A DNA stretch of 63,222 nt, counting the filler, from Octopus bimaculoides (Eukaryota): assembly GCF_001194135.2 (NCBI RefSeq). It is 5 parts of 5 records of this genome, joined end to end, with 100 filler letters (N's around TTAATTAATTAA, not from the genome) between each part and the next. Parts side by side here need not be neighbours in the genome. Positions count along the whole stretch, not along the records: positions 36,353 to 61,964 come from NC_068992.1; positions 62,065 to 63,222 come from NC_069002.1; 3 more parts are not named here. One strand, 5' to 3'. The position numbers were made by a program, and so were the translations under genes. A model generated the notes under the pieces. That model saw nothing but the letters and a program-made list of their open reading frames with translations. It searched no databases and was not told where the DNA came from. This document shows, one piece after another, positions 53,295 to 63,222 of this stretch (positions within the stretch are counted from its first letter, which is position 1; each line of letters starts with the position of its first letter).

Positions 53295-54352
53295 AAAAAC
53301 AAGTGAACAATGAAAGAGGGAGATAACTACTACAGAAGCAGGTTAATTACTTCCCTTGCTTCGTCACCAACCTTTTTAATGTTTTACGGACAGTAATTTG
53401 AATTTTCAACAATACAGAAAAATTAATGTCTGGTACATACGCACTCTACAAATAGAGAGCTTTATGTATATATATATTCTATAAAGAGAATGGTCTGACG
53501 TATACATATATTACACAAATAGAAAAATTCGGTGAATATGCATTGCATAAATTTCCAGTTCTTCTCATTCGAGATGAGAGAAGATAGCACACAACAAAAT
53601 GTTTGTAATGGAATAAATACAAATTCTGACATAATTGGGGAATTAGTTAATCTGGTGCCTATCGCGGGGATCAGCACAGAAACCTTAATTCTTAATAGGT
53701 CCACAGAATATACCAAGGTTTTGTTAATAATTTTAGGTGCCATATATACATATTTCCGAACTTGACTCCTTTACTGGAATTTATGTCAAACATAAAAGAC
53801 AAAATCATTTAAAGGAACCAACGAGGAGGATTATGATAAACATTACAGTAAAATCTGCTTGAAATTCTACCGTCAAGTGAGTTGCCTTCAGCATGTGTAG
53901 TGTTATTGGGAACATGTGTTATGGCAATAATTTCGATACCAAACAAGAGAAAGCCGTTGAATAATAATAATAATAAAGACATGATTCGGTTATGTATAGG
54001 ACCAGGTATTTATATATGGGATATATTTAAATGGAAGTTGAGACAGAACCGGTTGATGTTTACACAATGTTTCCAGAGAGAGAAAGTGGTGGGAAAATGA
54101 AATGGTTTTCAACTCTAAACAGGAAGAAAAGTCTTTGTGTGACGGGAATTTGTTAGCTTAAGACATCACAGAAATGTCTAAATAGGAACATGAATGGGTT
54201 TAGAACTGGAGAAATATAAGAGAGAAAGTGTGTGTAAGAGATGTTTATGAAATGAATTAAAAAAGCGAATCTCACGAGAAATAAATTCTAAAATAAAACC
54301 CAAACTTTAACGAAAAAAGGTGTTTTATAAATCGACGAATATTAATAGTTAC

Positions 54353-54470
54353 CAATATTAACAATAATGGATCGTGACTCCCCCAGTTCTCTGCCATCAG
54401 GTCGGACATCGTTCTTCAGAAATTTCCTCAGATATTCCAAAGGTTGAGTAGCTTCGAAATCCTCCGCCAT
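54353..54470 (-). CDS. EXOSC8: Exosome complex component RRP43, exon 1 (start codon)
   Basis: ATG at 54470; MAEDFEATQPLEYLRKFLKNDVRPDGRELGESRSIIVNI(G); donor G|GTAACT. Phase 1 joins exon 2 to give 837 nt, 278 aa plus stop. Confidence 0.95.
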
Positions 54471-54494
54471 TCTTTTGTAAAGAAATACTCTGCG

Positions 54495-54538
54495 ATTTCC
54501 GCTTCCTGTTTTGTTTCTGCTATTTCCGCTTCCTGTTT
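54495..54538 (-). promoter_or_regulatory. Duplicated ETS/GABP-like sites just upstream of the EXOSC8 ATG
   Basis: An exact 17-nt direct repeat ATTTCCGCTTCCTGTTT at 54495-54511 and 54522-54538. Each copy has two GGAA cores on the minus strand. Confidence 0.4.
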
Positions 54539-57347
54539 CGTTTCTTGTTTCATTTCACTGTTTTGATTATTTCGCTGCCTTTGTTATGAGATTCTCTTTA
54601 ATGACGTTTTAAATGCTCGAAATTAATATTAAAATGTGGGAGAGGAAGAAATAAGAATTTTACTCTCAATAAAGCCTTGTTTTAAAATTATGAAATACTT
54701 ATATATTGTAGTTGGTGTGTGAATGCAGTGTTGCGATCAAGCAAGCATTTAAATCAATTGAAATCTGTTTATGACATGTATTTACCTGAACAAAGGCTAC
54801 ATTTCTACATTTCACTGTTGTTTGCCGTTACATTGATAAATATTAATGTAAGAAATTAAAATGTTGTGTATTACTGTAATATAGCCTCTCATCGTTCCGA
54901 TGTTGATAAAATAATGACGCGGAGGATTAATATAGCTATTCCTGTGATGTATTCTAAATGTGGATGGAATTATAATAGAAGAGGAAAGATTAGTGTCAAT
55001 TAGCTTGATGTAGTCGTCCGGCCCCAGACCAACCATAATCGAGTTGACCATTGCTCTGTCCCACTCTTCCCCTTACATAATATTTCTATCAACATACTCA
55101 TTTTCATCACCATCATTAGCATCATCGTCACTTAACGTTCGTTTTCCATGCCGGCATGGGTTGGACGGTATGACAAAAGCTTACAAGCCAGATGCCTATG
55201 CTAATCTCTATTACTTGTTTTAGTATGGTTTCTAAGGCTTCATGCCCTTCCTAACGTCATCTCAGTAGTGTGTAGTGAGAGAGGTGTTATTTCTAGCCAT
55301 TCAATAGTCCAGAGAGAGCAGTGTTCTTTAAGCCAATATTTCTACACAGCTACTGCCTACCATTTCACCTTTTTGATTTCTCCAGACCACAAATAGTTAC
55401 TAAAGCCAAAATGAATCTAGTAAAAACAAAACTGGTGTTTCAGTTATCCCTTGGGGACCTTTAACAAACTTCTTACCACTCAGGTGTGGCTGTGCGGAAT
55501 GATATGGTTCTGGGTTCAATCCTACTCCATGACACCTTGGGCAAACAAAATCTTGAGAGAGGAATTGGTAGGCAGAAACTGAAAGATGCCCATCATATGT
55601 ATGTCTGTGTTTGTCCCCCACCATTGCTTCGTGTGCTTATGTCCCTGTTACTTAACAGTGCAGCAAAAAAGACCCATAAAATAAGAACCAGGCTTAAAAA
55701 ATATAAATAAGTCCTTGCCACTCAGCTGGCAAAAGTGAGTCATCCAGTGGGGAATACATGCCCCAGGCACTGGGAAACCAGCCCTTTATTCTTATCCTAC
55801 CACCCATGTATGTCATGGTGAGATTGGGAACTAAGAACACAAAAAGCCTGAACAAACACCACAAGGTGTATGGTCTGGTGTTCTTAGTTCCATCAATCTA
55901 TTGCCTTTGATTGGTACTTTTCTTGACCCCAAAAGGCTGAAAGACAAAATTAACCTTAGTGGGAATTGAACTCAGAGCACATAAAGTCAAGGCAGAACCA
56001 TTCTGTCTGATACTCTAACAACTCTACCAATTTCATAGACATTCAAAACTGATTGACCAAACTGATTGTAGTTTAGTTCAATGACGCCAACCTCTCATAT
56101 TTTGGCAATGGAACTAATCAGGGTTTCTTTTTGTAAATCCAATTTACAAAAATCCGGAGTTTTGTTTTGGGTCAATATTGTGTTCTACCTGTGTTAGCAG
56201 TGCTCTTCACATCACTTGTTTCTCTAGAAATTATAGCCAGCACTGATTCTGTTATATTTCATATGCGAGACAACTGATGTAAACAACGAGACTGAAGATG
56301 AGGAATGGGGAATGGGTGTATATTACATATTTCAGGAGTTTTCATCAACATCCATCCACGATACAAATCAAGTCCACTCTGTAAAGTGGTTGGTGTTAGG
56401 AAGGGCATCCAGCCATAAAAACTGTGAGTGAAGCAGAGAGTGAAGCTTAGTGCAGTCTTCTGCTTGGCTAGTTCCAGTCAAACTGTCCAACCCATGCCAG
56501 CATAGAAAACAGATGTTAAATAATGATGATCAGGATGGAAATGATGAAGCTTCTTTTGGTTTCTGTCGATCAAAGTTTCGTTTGAGTTAAGTCTATAGCA
56601 GAAGACACTTGGCCAGCAGGATTCAATATGAAAACCATTTGATGAAAACAAACCTTTTAGCCAGAGAGCACTTAGCCATGCGTGTATCATACAGAGAGAG
56701 AGGGTCAGTCATGGTATTCCATAAAATATTACGCAAAGCAATGAGAGAAAAATAACAACAATTTAAAGGAATTTAAGAGAGTTTATTCAAAAATATACAA
56801 CAGACTTTCGGGTTTCATTTAAATATAATCACAGCAGAAAACGTTATCGGTGAGCTTCACAGATGAAGGTTCTAGCAACACTTCCAGGGGACAAGAAAAA
56901 CATGATCAGGAATATAATATCAAAAGCAACACATGGAATACCTGGACATGTATACAGGAGTAGATAAATGAAATTTTATACTCTGATAACTCTGCTTAAT
57001 GTGTGTGTGTGTGTCTCAATCATTCATTCAATAATATATGAAAAAGAGGCAGAGAGTGTGTGTGAAAGAAAAGAAAGAGAAAAAAAGAAATTAAATAACA
57101 CAGAGACACCATCTGCATGATAAACAACAGTTAAGTTTATGTTATCTTTAATTAGTATCTGGTCCCATGTGACACAGCACGATTTGTTTCATGGTCAGAC
57201 CACCAACGACTAAACCAGTGACCCTACCAAACCTGCTTAGTCCAGCCATAAGTGAAGAGGGTGGATTTAGGGGCACTCTGTAGGATGAAAAGCAAAACCT
57301 CTCAAAGGGTAGATGAACTCAAGAAAGTAAACAGCCATCTGATAAGA

Positions 57348-57383
<36 letters not shown>

Positions 57384-57392
57384 CTCTCTCTC

Positions 57393-57443
<51 letters not shown>

Positions 57444-57832
57444 GCATGTGTAAATAATGTTGCATGAAGCAGCTTTCAATACAATATATTCATGTAAAGT
57501 CATGTTTAATATGTTTGATTGCATTCAGACATGATAAGACCTATCACTGCGAGACTAGTACCAAGAGAAAGTTTGCCACTTAGACTTGTGTAAAGACACA
57601 TTTTTTGTTTCAGGTTGAGTGATGTCATTAAATCATAAGACACAGGTGTTTCTGTTTCATTCCGCTTTGTCAGCTATGGAAACTGACACAATCACTCACT
57701 GTTATTCATTATTCATATGGTATTAGGCAACCTAAAGCCATGGCAGAAGAAAAATGGCCAATGTATTACAGAATAGGATTGAACCTGGAACCTTGTGGTT
57801 GTGAAGTGAGCTACTTACCCACACAGCCATGC

Positions 57833-57868
<36 letters not shown>

Positions 57869-58103
57869 CTATATGGAAAGCCCAAATAATGAATTAGAAA
57901 GTTGAAAGTTGCCTGTTGTGCCTGCCAACACCTCTTCATTGACGTTAATAAATATAACAATGATGTGTAATTTTAAATACCAGAATCCCTGAGATAAAAA
58001 TCTTTGTCATTAAATAAAATGTAAAAATAAAACAAAAAAATGCATAAAAATATAGAATATATAAAATTGTATAAAAACAGAATAAAGTCTAAGACTGGCT
58101 GGA

Positions 58104-58190
58104 TCAGGATGAAGCGTAGCTAAGAACTGGTTGTAACCACTTCTCTACCTGTTCAATACTGACAGATTTTCTTTCTGCATAACTGATTAC
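58104..58190 (-). CDS. MTR: Methionine synthase, terminal exon
   Basis: Acceptor TTCTTCCAG. Encodes VISYAERKSVSIEQVEKWLQPVLSYASS*, matching the MetH/MTR C-terminus. Confidence 0.93.
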   Translation of the reverse strand, partial: VISYAERKSVSIEQVEKWLQPVLSYASS

Positions 58191-58928
58191 CTGGAAGAAG
58201 AGAGAAACAGAAAAGAGAGTGTGAAGATGGTGGTGGTGGTGGTGGTGGTGGTGGTAGTGGTGGGGATGTGTGGTAGTGGTGATGATGATGGTGATGACTA
58301 TGACAATGATGACAAAATTACACATCCAGACATCTCCCTTTTTATACACAAAGAGAAACATTTTGTCACCAGTAAAATTAAAACAGGATTGAATTTATCA
58401 AAAATGTGGGGCTTCCCTAAGAAGATTCCATTGTGATGTTGTGTTGACAGATGATCCAATGGATAATAAGATTAAATAATCTAAGCCAAAATCATAATGA
58501 AGATTATTAGAAATTGTCTTTAATCCTTTAGTACTCAGGTTATTCTGAATTAATCCTGCATAATCTCTTGGCTTTGAAATTTTGATGATGTGATTGCTTA
58601 TTTTTAGAATGGCATTATAGGGTAAGTTTGAGAGGCCAGATCTGGGTACTTTTAACATAAAACAGGTAGAATATTTTGGCTAGATATGGCTGGATTAAAT
58701 GCTGAAGGGTCAATCTTTAATCTGAAAATCTTCTCCCAACTGTTGTTCTGTATTGACTCAACAACACCCTGAATATACCCTGCTTAGCATCACTGATACC
58801 CTTTTTTGACACTACATGATACATGTACAGATAATGTCAAGATGTGGGGAGCTGTGAGTGTCAGACAACATGACAGGTGTTGGGGATTCATCATTGATTT
58901 CACCTGTATACATAAGTAATTTACTTAC

Positions 58929-59129
58929 CTGGTCTTTAGCAATTTTGCCGGCAGAAAAGTAGAATGATTTGGGGTGTGAAAAATAGAGTCCTGAAACGGA
59001 TGCTGCAGGATACATGGCAAGGGATTCGGTCAGTTCGATGCCAATGGAATCAGCTTCTAATAATTTCCACATGGTCAATTTTTCTGTGTGGTCAGGTTGG
59101 CTTGGATAGCCAGGGGCTGGACGGACACC
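58929..59129 (-). CDS. MTR: Methionine synthase exon (AdoMet-binding activation domain)
   Basis: [24 protein letters not shown]...[38 protein letters not shown]; acceptor CTCTCCTAG, donor GTAAGT. Confidence 0.97.
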
Positions 59130-59823
59130 CTAGGAGAGTGATCAAATATAATAGGTAAATAAGAACAAATACAATAAATATATTAAAAAAAAAGTACGTT
59201 TAAATATAAGAAACATTTTCGTAACAGCAGATTAGTGTAAGAGGGGCAATGGAGAGACCATCTTCAGCAATAGTAGTGGCACTTGTAGTGGNNNNNNNNN
59301 NNNNNNNNNNNNNNNNNNNNNNNNNNNNNNNNNNNNNNNNNNNNNNNNNNNNNGGGGGGGGGGGGTAGCAGCGGTGGCAGGAGGCAGGAGGCAGAGGAGG
59401 AGGAGAGTATCCCAGCCTAGCTCTGACAGAATATACCTGGATAACCAACAGAATAATAAAACTTCTACATACCCCTTACACAGCCAGATTTAACTACTTC
59501 AAAGAGAAAGCTCTAATGGTACTCACATGATGATGATTTTATTTGCCACAGGGGAATCATATGCAAGGGTCATTGCAAGGACAGTTTACAATTTGTGTGA
59601 GAATTTACATAATATAATGAAAAAGAGGGTGAAACGAGATGAAAGTATAGAGAATATGTAAGGGATGTGAAGACATGAATGATAGGGGACATCCCCCAAC
59701 TAGGGGCCATTCAGGTAAACAGTCAGGTAAACAGCCCTTGCCAACTGATGGTGTTCTCCAATTTACAGACGCATGCTTAGACTAAGATCAAACCATGAGA
59801 ACAGTGAAAGAAGATATAAATAC

Positions 59824-59922
59824 TTGGTATTTTATTCTATGGAGATCTTGGGATTCCAAATTCTCAGTATTGTAACCCCAATATTGGCAGCGAACATCTT
59901 CATGAAGTTTCTCAGCAAAAGC
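59824..59922 (-). CDS. MTR: Methionine synthase exon
   Basis: AFAEKLHEDVRCQYWGYNTENLESQDLHRIKYQ; acceptor TTTTTCAG, donor GTATTT; phase 0-0. Confidence 0.95.
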
Positions 59923-60009
59923 CTGAAAAACAAAGAAAAAAAAATATATGACTGATAACTGGGGTTAGCTTCATGGATCCATTTTCATACACACATCAAC
60001 ATCAAATCG

Positions 60010-60330
60010 AATGGAAATTGTAGTTGTGACCCCACGCCGGTGGCACGTAAAAAGTACCATCCAAACGTGGCCGATGCCAGTGCTGCTTTGACTGGCTTCC
60101 ATGCTGGTGGCACATAAAAAGCACCATCCGATATGGTCGACGTTAGCTCCTCTGGCCCCTGTGTTGGTGGCATGTAAAAAGCAGCCACTACACTCTCTGA
60201 GTGGTTGGTGTTAGGAAGGGAATCCAGCTGTAGAAACACTGCCAGATCAGATTGGAACCTCCTGGCTTCCCAGACCCCAGTCGAACCATCCAACCCATGC
60301 CAGCATGGAAAACGGACGTTAAACGATGAT
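60010..60330 (-). mobile_element. Recurrent LINE-3'-derived or non-autonomous retroelement (family D)
   Basis: The unit ttaacgtccgttttccatgctggcatgggttgga... also occurs at ~50870-51045, 51850-51900, 55135-55260 and 56370-56530. Confidence 0.65.
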
Positions 60331-60403
60331 GAGGACGACGACGACGACGACACACACACACACATTGTAGAGTGAGAGAGAGATGTATAGCAACAGTAAA
60401 TAC

Positions 60404-60470
60404 CTCTGCCAACCGATCCGCTAGTACTTGTACCATAAGTTTATTGTAATCATCATGATTTTCAGCAAAC
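60404..60470 (-). CDS. MTR: Methionine synthase exon
   Basis: FAENHDDYNKLMVQVLADRLAE; acceptor TTTTCCAG, donor GTATTT. Confidence 0.93.
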
Positions 60471-60781
60471 CTGGAAAATGATGGAATATTGGATTAATTA
60501 ATAATTAATTATCTCATGTCATTGTTGTTATAACTATATGAAGAAAATAAATAATGAGTTTCTTAATCAGATGTATCAATCAATGAAAGATTTGTGATAG
60601 TACACTAATTTAAATAAGCTAATTGATGAATGCTAATTAATATGTATATATTTGATTATGCTAATTAACATTTAAGCATGATACTCTAGCTGGAAAATTT
60701 ACGAAAATTAACATTTTATAATTGAATGCAAAATGACGGTTGTGGAATGTAGAATAAAATACAAATTGTAATAAATCAAAT

Positions 60782-61036
60782 TTTCGAGTAAAGATTGTTT
60801 GCCAACATAACATGGCAGTCCTGGTTTAGGACGAATGTTGCTGTAATTTAGCCCCAGGAGACATTGTCTCCAGCTGGCTATACAACACGATCTGTGTCCT
60901 TATATTTTCAAACAAGGGAATCCAGCACCCCCACTCAGCTCAAAACAATATCTGTGTCTCCTGGGGCTAAATTACAGCAACATTCATCCTAAACCAGGAC
61001 TCCCTTGTTATGTTGGTAAACAATCTTTACTCGAAA
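60782..61036. mobile_element. MITE with ~82 bp TIRs in an MTR intron
   Basis: The left arm tttcgagtaaagattgtttgccaacataac...tttagccccaggagaca is mirrored at 60955-61036. Confidence 0.8.
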
Positions 61037-61580
61037 GTACTATTGCTGAATATCTCTCATTGTGAGATTTAAAAATAGTTAGTTTCAAATCAAATTTTGT
61101 TATTCTTTTAGGAAAAAACACTAAGTTATGTCCTAAAACAAAGGAGTTATCTGTCAGTAGATAGCCATGTATGGAATGGAGTAAAGTTTGAACTCATGAC
61201 TGTGTGGTTAGTGGTGAAATACCTTAACCTCACAACCACTAATTTTAAATGAATATTATAGACTTGTTTTTAATTCTCTGTTAAATAGTCCTTTTCAGCA
61301 GAGTGAAGTGGAGGAACATGAAATAAAAAACCTTGTCTAAGGACATAACACACCACTCTGGCCATGAATCAAACACAGGACTTTACACTCATAACCCCCA
61401 TGTTTTAATCACTAGGCCACATTTCACACACCAGGCCACATTCTATGCTACACACTTTCACATATCAAGCTACATGCCTTCACATACCAGGCCACACATC
61501 ATACAACTTCACATCTAGGCCCCAAGCTTTCACATATACAATAAAATAATAGAGACACAGAACTGCAATTGATAACTCAC

Positions 61581-61714
61581 TGGTTACATAAGTTGTCAGC
61601 CCCGATGCCTGCAGTGACTGCAAAGAGCCCAATGTGATCCGTCAGTCCACTCTCAACAGGAACAATGAAGTCAGATAAACAATAATGTGCATCTTGATTC
61701 TGGACTTTTTTAGC
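61581..61714 (-). CDS. MTR: Methionine synthase exon (upstream exons lie outside the window or in a gap)
   Basis: AKKVQNQDAHYCLSDFIVPVESGLTDHIGLFAVTAGIGADNLCN(Q); acceptor TTTTCAAG, donor GTGAGT. Confidence 0.94.
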
Positions 61715-62064
61715 CTTGAAAATGAAATGGAAGTAAAAATAATGACTGAGAAAGAATAATTTTTATTCCATGTGAAGGAATTGAAGATGGCCTGCAGGTG
61801 AACGAGTGGAGCTATAAACAAGATAACAGGGAAATAGGAATTAATGAGGAAACCTGGGATAAGGAAGGTGCAAGAAAAAGCCACAAGGAAATCTATTTGC
61901 TAGAAATAGCAGACAAATATCCTTCAAATCATACCCACATCATCATCATCATCATCATCATCATNNNNNNNNNNNNNNNNNNNNNNNNNNNNNNNNNNNN
62001 NNNNNNNNTTAATTAATTAANNNNNNNNNNNNNNNNNNNNNNNNNNNNNNNNNNNNNNNNNNNN

Positions 62065-62945
62065 TTCCAGCGACGTAAATCACTGCAAAGTGAAAATATT
62101 TGCTGATGACACTAAGCTCCAGCAAATCATCAATGAAGAAGAAGACCGAACTCAACTCCAGTCTGATCTACATGCTGTGAGTCAATGGGCAGACAAAAAC
62201 AAAATGCAACTATACGAAGGAAAATTTGAGCTGATGCATTTTGGAAGAAAGTCTATACTAAAACAGCCATATTCTTCCTTCAGGGGAACCGCTCACAGCA
62301 TCTAATAATATCAGAGACCTAGGTGTAATTGTTGATGACAATCTCAGTTGGAGTGACCACATCAGCAATAAGGTCGATATAGTTCGTAAGATGAGCTTCT
62401 GGATCTAATCACTTTCCTTGAGGAAAATGACTTGCTGACTGACACCCAACATGGTTTCTGACCAGGAAGAAGCTGCTGACTCGACTCTTACAACACTATG
62501 ACTCGGTGCAGAAACAGCTGCTCAACCACTCATATGTGGATGTGATATATCTCGACTTTGCAAAGGCCTTCGATAAAGTCGATCATGGAATGATATGGCA
62601 CAAACTGCATGATCTCGGCATAGTCGGAGAATTGGGAAGAATGGCTGCATGACTTTCTGAAGGATAGAAGTCAGGTGGTGGTAACCAATGACACGCAAAT
62701 AGTGGGCGGTGTTCTGCAAGACACTGTTCTGGGATCACTACTGTTCATAATGGCCCCCTCAGATATGCCCTCAGCCACATAGAGAGCCACGATCACAAGT
62801 TATGCAGATGATACAAAAGTCTCACAGGTGATCCAGAACCCCGAAGACGCTATGCACCTGCAATGGGAGTTGGATGAAATATACAAGTGGGCTGAGAAGA
62901 ATAGCATGTATTTAATGCTGAAAAGTTTCAAGGCTTGTGCTATCT
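62065..62945 (+). mobile_element. CR1/L2-clade LINE RT fragments (two pieces)
   Basis: KIFADDTKL...YLGVIVDDNLSW at 62090-62400, then QHGF*PGRSC, VIYLDFAKAFDKVDH and SYADDTKV at 62420-62940. Confidence 0.85.
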
Positions 62946-63222
62946 GCATGCAAAATTAAATGCAACACCAAGTAAATACTCCGTTTTTCCCTTCTTTGGA
63001 CTTTCCTTGTTTCAGACAAAGAGCTCCGCTCGAAACGTCATATTCTCTCTCTTTCCTTTCCCGAGCGTCTAGTAACACAATCTGTATCACGTCCTCACGT
63101 TGTTGTTTTTTGTTGTTGTTTTTTTGTCTTTTTCCTTTTTTTGGAAACTTGGAGTTTTATCATGGCTACCGAATAAGTGTCACATATTTTTACAGATACA
63201 TATATATATATATATATATATA

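Overview
AT-rich, microsatellite-dense eukaryotic genomic DNA from a gapped draft assembly. The SINE families and repeat landscape look like an octopus (coleoid cephalopod) genome; this is an inference from memory, not a database search. Three spliced host genes were rebuilt by hand, all on the minus strand with GT-AG boundaries and consistent intron phases. (1) Five central exons of a CYP3-clan (CYP3A-like) cytochrome P450 at 5592-16927; its N-terminal exons and heme-Cys exon were not found. (2) A complete two-exon EXOSC8/Rrp43 gene, 278 aa, at 52095-54470. (3) The last five exons of cobalamin-dependent methionine synthase MTR at 58104-61714. The rest is mostly transposon debris: three recurring tRNA-SINE families, R4/Dong-like, RTE, CR1 and ORF1-only LINE pieces, Penelope-like remnants, two mariners, a Tc1, two Helitrons and MITEs. 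The most interesting signals are a tRNA-headed SINE-like element carrying a Penelope-type minimal hammerhead ribozyme motif (10728-11017), an RLE-type LINE whose truncated copies sit in same-strand (CATA)n microsatellites, a nearly intronless EXOSC8, and a speculative chain of unannotated exons at 21.7-25.3 kb. Most ORFs in the supplied track are microsatellite or N-gap artefacts. No CRISPR array, rRNA or functional tRNA gene was seen.
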